Shown here in pieces: positions 1 through 10,789 of a stretch of DNA of 64,000 nucleotides (within the stretch, counting starts at the first letter, position 1; every line of letters begins with the position of its first letter). A program made the translations under genes and the position numbers. The notes under the pieces are model-generated. The model worked only from the letters and a program-made list of their open reading frames with translations. It made no database searches and was not told the origin of the DNA. Source of the DNA: Microcoleus sp. Lineage in GTDB: Bacteria; Cyanobacteriota; Cyanobacteriia; Cyanobacteriales; Microcoleaceae. Location: assembly GCA_052279835.1 (NCBI GenBank), contig CP181291.1:4608001-4672000 (forward strand), read 5' to 3'.

Positions 1-64
1 GTTCTTCAACAAAGGGATTAGAAGTCATTAGTAATTATTGGAGGTGTCTAATTGATTCACTTAT

Positions 65-577
65 TCAAGTATTGTCGGAAATATAATCTTTTTCGTCCTG
101 TTTTCGAGGTGGTGGACTGTGGAAAGTGGCAATTAACAAACAGATAATTCCAGCATTAATAAAAACATCAGCGAGATTAAAAATTGGGAACCGAATCAAG
201 CGAAAATCGAGAAAATCCACCACATACCCCGACACAAATCGATCGATCCCATTTCCCAGTGCGCCGCCCAAAATCAAGCCATAGCCAGCTTGTTCCCAGC
301 GATTAATTCGTGGTCCGAACCAAGCGAGTACCATCAATCCCACACTAACGCCCAAAGACAGCCAGCGCAACCAAATCGCGCCACCATTGCTAAACAAACT
401 AAAAGCCGCACCAGTATTAACAACATAAGTGAAGTGAAACACCCCAGGTAAGATTGGCTGTGTTTGCGGAGGAACAGCCAATTCAAAATTTTGCACCACC
501 CAAAATTTAGTCAGATGGTCTAAAACTAGACTGATAATAGCAGCAACCCAGAACCAGGGATTTTTTTTAAAACGCAT
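65..577 (-). CDS. lspA: Lipoprotein signal peptidase II
   Basis: Motifs LDHLTK, NTGAAFS, GALGNGIDR, VVDFLD, FNLAD; hydrophobic helices. Confidence 0.95.
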   Translation of the reverse strand: MRFKKNPWFWVAAIISLVLDHLTKFWVVQNFELAVPPQTQPILPGVFHFTYVVNTGAAFSLFSNGGAIWLRWLSLGVSVGLMVLAWFGPRINRWEQAGYGLILGGALGNGIDRFVSGYVVDFLDFRLIRFPIFNLADVFINAGIICLLIATFHSPPPRKQDEKDYISDNT

Positions 578-784
578 GAATTAGACAGTAGAACATAGGG
601 CATCAGGCATGGGAGAATTGACTCAAATCTCGCGGGTGATTGCGAGGAGGATGCAGTGCAGGAAAGCAATCCCAACCGCAGCGAGATAATTTTCCCGTTT
701 CGCAATGACAGTATAACCCAATTTTGCACAATTACCAATTCCCTATGCCCTAGGCTATAGGCTCAATTTTCTATTATTTTACCA

Positions 785-1366
785 TTAATAAAACATCACT
801 CGACGTAAAACAAATGACAGCAATGCGATCGCACAAACTACCGCCAACTGTCCAGGCAAAGGATAAACTGAATATTTCAGGATTTGCTCAAACAAACTTG
901 TGGTTCTGGTGGCTAGCACTAACAAGTGACTTAAAACCAGATAAGTTAAACCGATCGCATGAATTGTAAACAAGCCGCACAAACAACTAAAAGCAATAGA
1001 TTCCAGACGCGAAGCCACCTTAAAAGCCATCCAGCCACACACCCAAGCACCGGGAATAAAACCCAATAAATAACCAAAAGCAGGTTCTTTAATATAGCCA
1101 ATGCCGCCACCTTGAGAAAAAACAGGCCACAAAGTTAGTCCTAAAATTATATAGGCAATTTGTGATAAAGCAGCCGCATTTTTACCACCCATGCAGCCTA
1201 CCAGCAAAACGGCTCCAATTTGATAGTTGACTCCTAAAGAATAAGCCTGAAATCCTCGATTGTCCCAAAACCCAATTGGAGTAGTAACAAAGGCAGGAAA
1301 AAACGCGCCTCCTATCGTTAGGAGTAAACCAATAAAAGCCCAAATTAGTTCTATGGGAACAGGCAT
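785..1366 (-). CDS. bioY: Biotin transporter BioY
   Basis: Membrane protein with PVFSQGGG..Y...P.FGYLLGF; downstream of bioB. Confidence 0.9.
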   Translation of the reverse strand: MPVPIELIWAFIGLLLTIGGAFFPAFVTTPIGFWDNRGFQAYSLGVNYQIGAVLLVGCMGGKNAAALSQIAYIILGLTLWPVFSQGGGIGYIKEPAFGYLLGFIPGAWVCGWMAFKVASRLESIAFSCLCGLFTIHAIGLTYLVLSHLLVLATRTTSLFEQILKYSVYPLPGQLAVVCAIALLSFVLRRVMFY

Positions 1367-1376
1367 TCGATTTTAG

Positions 1377-1417
1377 CAGTTGACAGTTGACAGTTGACAG
1401 TTGACAGTTGACAGTTA
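1377..1417. repeat. Heptamer tandem repeat (CAGTTGA)x5, STRR-like
   Basis: Five perfect copies at 1377-1411 plus a partial copy. Confidence 0.95.
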
Positions 1418-1443
1418 CATATAGCATTTCTCAGATATATGTT

Positions 1444-1476
1444 AGAACCCCAACTTATTAAAGAAGTTGGGGTTCT
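1444..1476. repeat. 33-bp dispersed palindrome, possible terminator
   Basis: AGAACCCCAACTT-N7-AAGTTGGGGTTCT; near-identical copy at 24347-24379. Confidence 0.85.
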
Positions 1477-1508
1477 GGCTATTATGAATTTAACTCAAAA
1501 TTCAAAAT

Positions 1509-2609
1509 TTAACCCTCAAAACTGCCGGGAATTGGTGCTTCGCCACCTTGAAGTCCTAGGGATTCCAACATCGATCGGTCCTGCTCTGCGGGTTGACCCA
1601 TAGTAGTCAGATAATGACCGACCAGCATAGCATTAATTCCAGCTTTTAAGCCCAAATGTTGAAGTTCTCCCATGACAGCTTCTCTACCCCCTGCATAGCG
1701 GATGATTTGAAGAGGAAGTATGAGGCGAAAAATCGCGATCGCCTTTAATGCTTCGTAAGGATCTAGTGGAGGTAAATCACCCAAAGGTGTACCTTTTCTA
1801 GCAGATAGCAAATTCACCGGTACTGACTCAACCTCTAACTCGCGCAAAGACAAAGCTAAATCGATTCTATCTTGCCAACTTTCGCCCATGCCGATAATTC
1901 CACCGCTGCAAGCTTGAATGCCTGCTGCTTTTAAGTTTTTAATCGTAGCAGTGCGATCGCTCCATTTGTGAGTTGTCACAATATTCGGAAAAAACTGCTC
2001 AGACGCCTCTAAATTGTGATTGTAGCGAGTTACTCCCGCCGCTCGCAATTCTTGAGCTTGTTCGACAGTAACTTCTCCCAAAGCGCAGCAAGGCTTAATA
2101 TTAGTTTCCTCAATAATCCGGCGCACTGTGTCAAGAATTTGCTCAAATTCCGAGGATTTCGGGCTGTTATGTTTAATCCCTTTCCCTTGAGAAACCAGAC
2201 AAAATCTTTTCGCCCCGGCTTCCTCGGCCACCTTGGCTTGGGCTAAAATCTCATCGGAGGTTTTTAAGCCATAAATCGGGACATTTTCTCCCGGATGGTG
2301 AGCCGACTGAGAGCAAAAACCGCAATTTTCCGAACAGTTACCAGATTTGACATTAATGATGCTGCACAAGTCTACCGTATTGCCACAGCAAGCTTGACGC
2401 ACGCGATCGGCTGCTTCGCACAGCAGTAAAATATTTTCTTGACCCTCTATTGCTGTCAGAGCCAGCGCTTCTTCTTTGTTGAGGCGATATCCTTTAATTA
2501 TTTGCTCTACGAGGCTATCTAACCGTTGTTGCAGCGGTAATTTTTCCGACATCCAGTCGATCGAACTCTGAGAAAATGTTGGCAGTGGCGCTTGCACCAT
2601 TTCTTGCAC
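1509..2609 (-). CDS. bioB: Biotin synthase (radical SAM)
   Basis: CSENCGFC (CxxxCxxC), YNHNLE, RYAGGR, GHYLTT. Confidence 0.96.
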   Translation of the reverse strand: MQEMVQAPLPTFSQSSIDWMSEKLPLQQRLDSLVEQIIKGYRLNKEEALALTAIEGQENILLLCEAADRVRQACCGNTVDLCSIINVKSGNCSENCGFCSQSAHHPGENVPIYGLKTSDEILAQAKVAEEAGAKRFCLVSQGKGIKHNSPKSSEFEQILDTVRRIIEETNIKPCCALGEVTVEQAQELRAAGVTRYNHNLEASEQFFPNIVTTHKWSDRTATIKNLKAAGIQACSGGIIGMGESWQDRIDLALSLRELEVESVPVNLLSARKGTPLGDLPPLDPYEALKAIAIFRLILPLQIIRYAGGREAVMGELQHLGLKAGINAMLVGHYLTTMGQPAEQDRSMLESLGLQGGEAPIPGSFEG

Positions 2610-2796
2610 CTTATGAAAACAACCACCATTGTAGGGTTTTCTGGTTCTCTCTCCGGGATATTTTACAATTTACTATGAATTTTGGGGTTAGCGATCGACA
2701 ATCTAGCAAGACTCAGCGGTCCATACCCTTTCAAATATCTTATTGCTCCAAAACTGTCAAGCTTGTTTTGAACTAAAATCTTAATTTAGTGTAAAA

Positions 2797-2839
2797 TGTA
2801 AACAATCTTAACCAAAGCTTTACTTTCGAGCGTTATGCT
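2797..2839 (+). promoter_or_regulatory. Putative Pho (SphR) box and -10 element upstream of pstS
   Basis: CTTAACCA (2807) and CTTTACTT (2818) are 11 bp apart, resembling the cyanobacterial PyTTAAPyPy(T/A) repeat; TATGCT at 2834. Confidence 0.6.
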
Positions 2840-2879
2840 AGGGCCCGACACCCTGTATAGCGTCTAAAAGTTTACACCC

Positions 2880-4071
2880 ATGATTTTTCGTATCAACATG
2901 ATTAATTCCAACCGGCTGACGACCGCAATCTCAGCAATGGCGATCGCCCTCAGCTTAGCAGCCTGTGGTGGTGGCAGCACAACCACAAGCAGCAGCCCCA
3001 GCCCCAGTGACAGCGCAGCCAGTCCCGGCGCTTCCCCCGTTGCAGCCACCGGCACTGCTACTCCCAGCAAACTCGCCCTAGCCTCAGATGTCGCCCTCAC
3101 CGCAGCCGGCGCATCATTCCCCGCTCCCCTGTACCAGCGTTGGTTTCAAGACTTCAACAAAATCAACCCCAAAGTACAAATTAACTATCAATCCGTAGGT
3201 AGCGGAGCCGGAGTCGAACAATTTACCAAAGGCACCGTAGACTTTGGTGCCAGCGACACCGCCATGAAAGACGACGAAATCGCCAAAGTTCCAGCAGACA
3301 AAGGCGTGATCCTCTTGCCCATGACAGCCGGCAGCATCGTCATCGGCTACAACTTACCAGACGTACCCGAACTGAAACTGCCACGGGATGTTTACACAGA
3401 AATCTTCGCCGGTAAAATTACCAAGTGGAACGACCCCCAAAATAGCAGCAGCGAATCCTGGTGCTAAATTGCCAGACCAAGCCATTACCGTCGTGCACCG
3501 TTCCGATGGTAGCGGTACCACCGCCGTCTTCACCAAACACCTGAGTGCCATCAGCCCCGACTGGAAAAGCACAGTAGGCGACGGCAAAACAGTAGAGTGG
3601 CCCAAAACAGGTACCTTTGTCGGTGCAAAAGGCAACGAAGGTGTCACAGCCCAAGTCCTGCAAACCGTCGGCGGCATTGGCTATGTAGAATACGGCTACG
3701 CCAAAAACAACAATCTCAAATTTGCATCTTTGCAAAACAAAGCAGGTACATTTGTCGTACCTAACGACGAATCAGCTTCAGAAGCTCTAGCAACAGTTCC
3801 ACTGCCAGAAAATCTGCGAGCATTTATCGAAGACCCAGAAGGTGCTAAATCCTATCCAATTGTCACCTACACTTGGATGCTAGTCCCCAAAACAGTTGCG
3901 GATGCCAACAAAGCCAAAGCGATCGAGGCTATGGTGGAATACGGCTTGAATGAAGGTCAAAAAGTTAGTTCCGAATTGGGCTACGTTCCTCTGCCCCAAA
4001 GCGTTAAAGAAAAAGTGGCCGCGGCTGCTGACGGCATCAGCGCCGACTACAAGATTGAGGTTGCCAAATAG
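2880..4071 (+). pseudogene. pstS: Phosphate ABC transporter substrate-binding lipoprotein PstS, split by a one-base insertion (real or sequencing error)
   Basis: N-half has lipobox LAAC, GASFPAPLY, GSGAG, DFGASD; C-half has HRSDGSGTT, YPIVTYTW; removing one C from the run at 3434-3438 restores KWNDPKIAAANP. Confidence 0.9.
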
Positions 4072-4110
4072 TAATTGAAGGAAGAAGGAAGAAGGAAGAG
4101 GGATATTTCT

Positions 4111-4173
4111 GTAGGGGCGGGTTTCACCAACAATATGAGCCTAACATCGATAATCTCATAAACCCGCCCCCAC
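4111..4173. repeat. GTAG-type REP-like inverted repeat
   Basis: GTAGGGGCGGGTTT...AAACCCGCCCC-CAC. Confidence 0.75.
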
Positions 4174-4366
4174 CCAACGGTAAATCGCCATCTACCTCTT
4201 TCCAAATACAAGGAGCGATTTTCATCAGAAATATTTGTGGAAAAGTCAGGGCGATTAATCCACCCACTCCTGTTGAATGTTATTTATGTTTTTTCTTTCT
4301 GCTTCCTTCCCGCTAACTTTTTGCTAAAATTGTTTTTTTCAAAACTATTACTTGGTTGTTTTGTCT

Positions 4367-5323
4367 ATGATTTCACATAATCAGAGCGCAGAATCTGAGA
4401 GCCGTTCCCGCTCTCCAGTAGAAAAATCCTTAGACCAAGCTTTTATCTGGCTAACTAGGATTTTGGGCATAGGAATTGGGGTAATTTTGCTGGTGATAGC
4501 ACTCACAGTTGCTTTCAGAGCATTACCTGCGATTCAACAGTACGGTTTGGGATTTCTATTAAGCAGTAGCTGGAACCCAGTTAAAGAAGAGTACGGCGCG
4601 TTGCCGATGATTTATGGGACGATCGTCAGTTCGGCGATCGCGCTCCTAATTGCAGTACCATTAGGAGTAGGCACTGCGATCTTCCTGAGCGAAGATTTTC
4701 TACCGCTACCAATCCGCACAGCCTTGGTTTTTTTGGTAGAACTCCTAGCCGCCATTCCTAGCGTAGTTTACGGTTTGTGGGGAATTGCTGTATTGATTCC
4801 CATTCTTATCAACGTCGGCAAGTTTCTCAACGGCACTTTCGGATGGCTACCAATTTTTAGCACCCCCCCAGTGGGACCCGGAATGTTACCCGCCGGAGTA
4901 ATTTTGGGAATCATGACTTTGCCGATTATTACTGCTATCTCCCGTGACTCTTTAGCAAGTCTGCCTCCCGAATTGCGGCAAGCATCTTTAGGTTTAGGAG
5001 CAACTCGTTGGACAACAATTTTTAGGGTGCTGGTACCCGCTGCTTTCTCCGGTATTGTCGGCGGAATTATGCTCGGTTTAGGACGCGCGATGGGAGAAAC
5101 AATGGCTGCAACTCTGTTAATTGGCAACTCCAATCAATTAAGTCTTTCGGTGCTAGCTCCTGCCAATACTATAGCTTCTTTGATGGCAAATCAGTTTGCA
5201 GAAGCTTCCGGGTTGCAAGTAGCGGCTCTGATGTACACGGGGCTAATTTTGTTTATTATGACCCTGATTGTTAATATTTTGGCAGAGTGGATTGTTTCTC
5301 AAGTTAGAGCCAAGTACAACTAA
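4367..5323 (+). CDS. pstC: Phosphate ABC permease PstC
   Basis: ELLAAIPSVVYGLWG, GLGRAMGETMA. Confidence 0.96.
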   Translation: MISHNQSAESESRSRSPVEKSLDQAFIWLTRILGIGIGVILLVIALTVAFRALPAIQQYGLGFLLSSSWNPVKEEYGALPMIYGTIVSSAIALLIAVPLGVGTAIFLSEDFLPLPIRTALVFLVELLAAIPSVVYGLWGIAVLIPILINVGKFLNGTFGWLPIFSTPPVGPGMLPAGVILGIMTLPIITAISRDSLASLPPELRQASLGLGATRWTTIFRVLVPAAFSGIVGGIMLGLGRAMGETMAATLLIGNSNQLSLSVLAPANTIASLMANQFAEASGLQVAALMYTGLILFIMTLIVNILAEWIVSQVRAKYN

Positions 5324-5357
5324 AAATTGGTGGCAAATCCCCCTACAGTTTTAATTT

Positions 5358-6254
5358 ATGTCAAACAGAACCTCTGAAGGTCTTGATTCTTTTGCCTCGA
5401 AGACAGGTAATTTAAAAAAAGTTAAAAACAGTTCCCTATCGCTGTTCAATATGGCGATGACAGTATTAGCTGGAGCCTGTTTAACAATTACTCTGTTGCC
5501 TTTGTTTGCAGTGCTTTCCTACGTTACTATACAAGGTTTCAATCGCCTGAATTTAGACTTATTCACTAAGCTACCACCGCCCCCAGGACTATCGGGAGGC
5601 GGTATTGCTAATGCAATTATCGGTACATTGATGACCGTGGGAATTGCTTCTCTGATTGCTGTACCTTTTGGTGTATTGGCAGCCGTTTATTTGTCTGAAT
5701 TTAGCAAAGGCTCAATAGCTCGCTGGGTGCGTTTTGCTACTAATGTTCTCAGCGGTGTTCCTTCGATTATTGCGGGGGTATTTGCCTACGGTTTGTTTGT
5801 GGTAAATATGGGAGGTTTTTCGGCAATTGCAGGCGGTGCTGCGCTGGCAGTGCTGATGTTGCCGACGATTGTGCGAACTACTGACGAAGCTTTACAAATC
5901 GTCCCTCAAGATATTAGATGGGCTTCGGTTGGTGTGGGTGCATCTAACTATCAAACGGTGTTGCAGGTGGTTTTGCCTGCTGCTATTCCGGCTATTTTAA
6001 CTGGTGTAACGCTGGCAATTGCCCGCGCTGCTGGAGAAACTGCTCCTTTGATTTTCACTGCGTTAAATTCGCCTTTTTGGCCAGCAGGATTTGATAAGCC
6101 AACTCCTTCCCTTTCGGTTTTGGTGTACAACTTTGCAACAGTTCCGTTTAAGGCACAGAAAGAATTAGCTTGGGCGGCTTCTTTAATTTTGGTGTTCATG
6201 GTTTTACTGACGAGTATTCTTTCTCGTTGGGCAACTCGCCAAAAAGTTTATTAG
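5358..6254 (+). CDS. pstA: Phosphate ABC permease PstA
   Basis: LSGVPSIIAG, ARAAGETAPL. Confidence 0.96.
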   Translation: MSNRTSEGLDSFASKTGNLKKVKNSSLSLFNMAMTVLAGACLTITLLPLFAVLSYVTIQGFNRLNLDLFTKLPPPPGLSGGGIANAIIGTLMTVGIASLIAVPFGVLAAVYLSEFSKGSIARWVRFATNVLSGVPSIIAGVFAYGLFVVNMGGFSAIAGGAALAVLMLPTIVRTTDEALQIVPQDIRWASVGVGASNYQTVLQVVLPAAIPAILTGVTLAIARAAGETAPLIFTALNSPFWPAGFDKPTPSLSVLVYNFATVPFKAQKELAWAASLILVFMVLLTSILSRWATRQKVY

Positions 6255-6322
6255 TCAGTGGTGATTGGTGATTAGTGATTGATGATTGGTCATTTGTAAA
6301 ATTTGATTGGAGTATTAATTGT

Positions 6323-7123
6323 ATGATGGAATTGTTGGAAGAGAAAACGGAAACAGTTTTGCAGGTAGACAATATCAATATTTTTTACGGCGGTTTTCAA
6401 GCTGTAAAAAATGTTTCGATGGAGATTCCTAAAAATCGGATTACTGCTTTTATCGGACCGTCTGGGTGCGGAAAAAGTACAATTTTGCGATGTTTTAATC
6501 GTCTTAATGATTTGGTTAATGGTTTTCGTTTAAACGGTCAAATTTATTATCACGGTCAAAATCTATACGATCCTGATATTGATGCTGTGGAGGTGCGCCG
6601 CCGGATTGGGATGGTGTTTCAAAAGCCGAATCCTTTCCCGAAGTCGATTTATGACAATATTGCTTACGGTGCGAGGGTGAATAATTATAAGGGCGATATG
6701 GATGAGTTGGTGGAAAAGTCGCTGCGCCAAGCTTATCTTTGGGATGAGGTAAAAGATAAACTCAAGCAAAGCGGTTTTTCGCTTTCTGGTGGCCAACAGC
6801 AGCGTTTGTGTATTGCTAGGGCGATCGCCATTAATCCTGATGTAGTATTAATGGATGAACCTTGCGCTTCTCTCGATCCGATTTCTACGATCAAAATTGA
6901 GGAGTTGATGCGGGAACTCAAAGAGCAGTATACCATTGTGATTGTGACTCACAATATGCAGCAGGCTTCTCGTGTTTCTGACTTGACTGCTTTTTTCAAT
7001 GCTAAACTTTCTGATGATGGCAAACGCTTTGGCTATTTGGTGGAGTGCGACAGGACTGAGGTGATTTTCCAAAATCCCAAGGAAGTTTCTACTATGGAAT
7101 ATGTCAGCGGTCGTTTTGGCTGA
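6323..7123 (+). CDS. pstB: Phosphate ABC ATPase PstB
   Basis: [32 protein letters not shown]-terminal SGRFG. Confidence 0.96.
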   Translation: MMELLEEKTETVLQVDNINIFYGGFQAVKNVSMEIPKNRITAFIGPSGCGKSTILRCFNRLNDLVNGFRLNGQIYYHGQNLYDPDIDAVEVRRRIGMVFQKPNPFPKSIYDNIAYGARVNNYKGDMDELVEKSLRQAYLWDEVKDKLKQSGFSLSGGQQQRLCIARAIAINPDVVLMDEPCASLDPISTIKIEELMRELKEQYTIVIVTHNMQQASRVSDLTAFFNAKLSDDGKRFGYLVECDRTEVIFQNPKEVSTMEYVSGRFG

Positions 7124-7157
7124 TTTACTGTGACTTTGAAGGGCTGTTAAAACCAAT

Positions 7158-7261
7158 TATAGCAATCCTTGCAGGAGTCGTAAATTTTTTACCCCACCCC
7201 AACCCTCCCCTTGAATCAGGGGAGGGAGTAAGAAATTCACAAATGATTTAGGATTGCTATA
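7158..7261. mobile_element. MITE-like element with terminal inverted repeats
   Basis: TATAGCAATCCT...AGGATTGCTATA (12-bp perfect TIR, TA ends); internal CTCCCC/GGGGAG hairpin. Confidence 0.7.
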
Positions 7262-7351
7262 GTTAGATTGGGAAATTTTCACCGCAGATATCAGCAGATA
7301 AACACAGATGCACCCAATGAGATTTGATCTGTGTTTATTATTTTACCAAAA

Positions 7352-8332
7352 ATGCAAACAAACCAACAACTTTTTCTACCAACAATGGGCTGTGGCACTT
7401 GGGCCTGGGGCAACAGATTGCTCTGGGGTTATGATGAAAGTATGGATGCCCAATTGCAAGCCGTTTTCAATCTGTGTGTGAGTAATGGTGTCACTTTATT
7501 TGATACTGGTGATTCCTATGGAACAGGGAAATTAAATGGACGTAGCGAGATGCTTTTAGGGCAGTTTTCTCAAGCCTATCAAGGTGTAAATCAAGATAGT
7601 ATTTGTATTGCGACTAAACTGGCTGCTTATCCTTGGAGATTGACGCGACAATCTATGATATCTGCTGGTAAAGCCTCAGCTTCCCGCCTCGGTAAAAATG
7701 TAGATTTGGTGCAAATGCACTGGTCTACAGCCAATTATGCTCCTTGGCAAGAAGGGGCTCTGTTAGATGGTTTGGCTGACCTTTACGAGCAAAGCTTGGT
7801 GAAGGGAGTAGGTCTGTCTAATTATGGGCCTAAACGCTTAAAATGGGTATATGAAAGATTTCGCGATCGCCAGATTCCTATTGTTACTTTGCAAGTGCAA
7901 TATTCGCTACTTTCTACCTATCCAGTTACGGAACTTGGATTAAAAGAAGTTTGTGACGAACTGGGAATAAAATTGATTGCTTATAGTCCTCTAGCCTTGG
8001 GATTGTTGACGGGAAAATACTCGGAAAATGGCCCGATTCCTAAAGGTATCCGAGGTTTGGCGTGTAAACAGATATTGCCGGGAATGCGATCGCTTTTGGA
8101 GTGTTTGCGAGAAATAGCGACATCCAGAAACAAGACTATTTCCCAGGTGGCGATTAACTGGTGTATTTGTAAAGAAACTATTCCGATTCCGGGGGCGAAA
8201 TCGGCGGCCCAGGCGGCGGAAAATATTGGTGCTTTAGGGTGGAAATTAGACTCTGGCGAGATTGCAGAATTGGATAAAGCGGCGGCAAAGGTAGATAAGA
8301 AGATGGTGCAAAATATATTTCAAACTAGCTAA
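7352..8332 (+). CDS. Aldo/keto reductase
   Basis: GCGTWAWG, FDTGDSYG, GLSNY, AYSPLALG, IPIPGAK. Confidence 0.92.
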   Translation: MQTNQQLFLPTMGCGTWAWGNRLLWGYDESMDAQLQAVFNLCVSNGVTLFDTGDSYGTGKLNGRSEMLLGQFSQAYQGVNQDSICIATKLAAYPWRLTRQSMISAGKASASRLGKNVDLVQMHWSTANYAPWQEGALLDGLADLYEQSLVKGVGLSNYGPKRLKWVYERFRDRQIPIVTLQVQYSLLSTYPVTELGLKEVCDELGIKLIAYSPLALGLLTGKYSENGPIPKGIRGLACKQILPGMRSLLECLREIATSRNKTISQVAINWCICKETIPIPGAKSAAQAAENIGALGWKLDSGEIAELDKAAAKVDKKMVQNIFQTS

Positions 8333-8507
8333 TATCAAATCCGGTGGCATCGAAATTATTCAGAACTCTATTCTCTGATACCAAATCCTCTCTTCACCGT
8401 CCTGTATTAAACTCTCTCTTCTCTTCCTTCGTGTCCTACCCTACGGGAACGGCTTCGCCGAACGCGCCTTCGCGGTTAAATCATTCCGATACAACCGGAA
8501 TTGATAT
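8332..8507. mobile_element. MITE-like element (ATATCAAATCCG family)
   Basis: TIR ATATCAAATCCGGT...ACCGGAATTGATAT (13/14 match); relatives at 14447, 42850, 49505. Confidence 0.75.
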
Positions 8508-8567
8508 GACTCTGTGTCAAGAGTGTTCGAGAAAGGTGAAATCATTCCCATGCCACCGGAAATGATA

Positions 8568-9785
8568 TTATTGATGTTCACAAAACTTTTCCACGCACCG
8601 GACAAACATTTCTACACCAATCCCCAAAGCAGTTTCATCAAAATCAAATCGCGGGTGATGATGGGGGTAGGCTAAATTTTTCTCCTGATTGGCTGAACCT
8701 AAAAAGAAATAGCAACCTGGGACTTCTTGCAAAAAGAATGACATATCTTCACCGCCCATTGTTTGACATTCCGGCACGATTCCGGCTGGAGTTTCTACCA
8801 CGGTTTCTGCTACGCTACGCACCAATTCAGCCATCTTGGTATCGTTGATGACCGGGGGGTACAACCAATAATAATCGAATTGATAATTGGCTCCGTGGCT
8901 GTGACAAATTCCGGCAATTATTTGTTCGATTCGATTGTTAAAATAACCTTGATATGCTGGATTGAAATAGCGGACGGTGCCTCCGATTTTAGCGGTATCG
9001 GCAATGACATTGTGGGTTTGGCCTGCGTGGAATTTGCCGACGGTGACTACTGCGGAGTCGATCGGATCGATATTCCGGGCTACAATTGCCTGCAAAGCGT
9101 TGACTATTTGGGCTGCAACTACGATCGCATCTACAGTCTGATGGGGCATCGCACCGTGTCCACCTTTGCCCAAAATTGTACAATCAAAAATTTCCACGGC
9201 GGCCATCAGCGGGCCACTACGCACGCCTACACTGCCCAAAGGCAGATTATTCCACAAATGCAAGCCAACGATCGCATCAACGTCAGGATGCTTTAAAACT
9301 CCAGCTTCAATCATAGGCTTTGCGCCGCCTGGACCTTCTTCGGCGGGCTGGAAGATGATTTTTACAGTGCCGCAAAAGCTGTGTTTGTGCTTGGCGAGAT
9401 AACAGGCTGTACCAAGGGCGATCGCCGTGTGTCCGTCATGGCCACAAGCGTGCATAATCCCGTTATGTTGCGATCGATAATCAACCTGATTTTCCTCTTG
9501 AATTGGCAAAGCATCCATATCAGCCCGAATTGCCAAAACAGGCCCTGGTTGGCCACTGTCTATAGTAGCGACAATCCCCGTTTTAGCAATAGCAGTTTGA
9601 TGCTCAATGCCCCATTCCTGCAACTTTTGGGAAACAAAATCCGCCGTTAAATTCTCCTCAAAACTCAACTCAGGTTTTTGGTGCAAACGGCGACGCCATT
9701 CCACTAATTGAGGCTGTAAATTTCTAATTTCCAGCCGCAACTTCGATAAATCGACAGAAGTTAAATTCGGTAAAGTATAAATCAT
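8568..9785 (-). CDS. M20D family amidohydrolase (N-acyl-L-amino acid amidohydrolase-like)
   Basis: RADMDALP, MHACGHDGH, FQPAEE, GGEDMS, HHHPRF. Confidence 0.92.
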   Translation of the reverse strand: MIYTLPNLTSVDLSKLRLEIRNLQPQLVEWRRRLHQKPELSFEENLTADFVSQKLQEWGIEHQTAIAKTGIVATIDSGQPGPVLAIRADMDALPIQEENQVDYRSQHNGIMHACGHDGHTAIALGTACYLAKHKHSFCGTVKIIFQPAEEGPGGAKPMIEAGVLKHPDVDAIVGLHLWNNLPLGSVGVRSGPLMAAVEIFDCTILGKGGHGAMPHQTVDAIVVAAQIVNALQAIVARNIDPIDSAVVTVGKFHAGQTHNVIADTAKIGGTVRYFNPAYQGYFNNRIEQIIAGICHSHGANYQFDYYWLYPPVINDTKMAELVRSVAETVVETPAGIVPECQTMGGEDMSFFLQEVPGCYFFLGSANQEKNLAYPHHHPRFDFDETALGIGVEMFVRCVEKFCEHQ

Positions 9786-10014
9786 GTTATTGGTTACTAC
9801 TTACTTGTTATTTTCCTACTTATTTTAATCTTTACCTGCTCTAGATGCCAAGCTATTAAATAATTTGTAAAACTCTCTCTTTTCCTTCTTAGCACTCTCT
9901 GCGCTCTCTGCGCTCTCTGCGGTTAAAATAAAATCTTAGTCTTTAATGAACCACAGAGGGCACAGAGTACGCAGAGAAAGAGAATATTGAAAAAGAGAGG
10001 TGTTTACAAGACGG

Positions 10015-10722
10015 TTATTTAGCAATCTGAGGAATTAAGTTTACACCAGGTAATAATCGTTCTAAATCTAATTCTGACGCTGCTTTCGCTAGTTTAGTCA
10101 GGTCATTGGGGTCATCTAAATGTGGCAAAATACCCAACACACGTATTTGAGTAAGGGACTCAATTAAGTAGATCGGAGCCCAATCGGCAATTTCTTGCTC
10201 GGAAGCAGGTTGAACGCAGCTCAGGACAATACCTTTGAGTTTAAAGCCACTTTGTCTGGCAAGGGCAACATTAGCTACAGCTTGCCCGATCGCCCCCAAC
10301 CTGACCGGTACCACCAATACTCCCTTGAGCCGCCAATCCCTCGCCAGATCCGCCACCGTCAGTTCCCGCGTTACAGGGGAACCCAGCCCTCCCAAAGCTT
10401 CCACCAACACAAAGTCTTTGCGCTGCTGGAGGCTTTGTAGCGTCCTCCACACCTTTTCTAGTTCAATAGGTCTCCCCTCCCGTTCGGCGGCTATTGGAGG
10501 TGCTAGAGGCGCATCAAAGTGCAGTGGGTTGAGTTCTTGGGGGGATTGGTCGAGGTGAAATAAACGGGTGTAGTGTTCGCGATCGCCTGTTCCCGTTTGC
10601 AACAGCTTGGTAATTCCCAAAGTGCGATCGGCAAAATACGTTTGCCAATAAGCAGCCAGAGCACTCGTTAAAACCGTTTTGCCCGCGTCGGTATCAGTTC
10701 CAGTAATTAGCAGGGAGTTCAT
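10015..10722 (-). CDS. bioD: Dethiobiotin synthase
   Basis: ITGTDTDAGKT, VEALGGL. Confidence 0.93.
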   Translation of the reverse strand: MNSLLITGTDTDAGKTVLTSALAAYWQTYFADRTLGITKLLQTGTGDREHYTRLFHLDQSPQELNPLHFDAPLAPPIAAEREGRPIELEKVWRTLQSLQQRKDFVLVEALGGLGSPVTRELTVADLARDWRLKGVLVVPVRLGAIGQAVANVALARQSGFKLKGIVLSCVQPASEQEIADWAPIYLIESLTQIRVLGILPHLDDPNDLTKLAKAASELDLERLLPGVNLIPQIAK

Positions 10723-10789
10723 TGATAGCTAATAGGTAAGGGGTAATTTTTCTTAAATTGAGTATTGATCGGCTACCAAATATTATCCA

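Noticed and set aside
526..738. 70-aa ORF between bioY and lspA
   Set aside because: No recognisable motif and overlaps lspA out of frame
1182..1427. ORF with TVNCQLS repeats
   Set aside because: Translation of the heptamer repeat overlapping bioY
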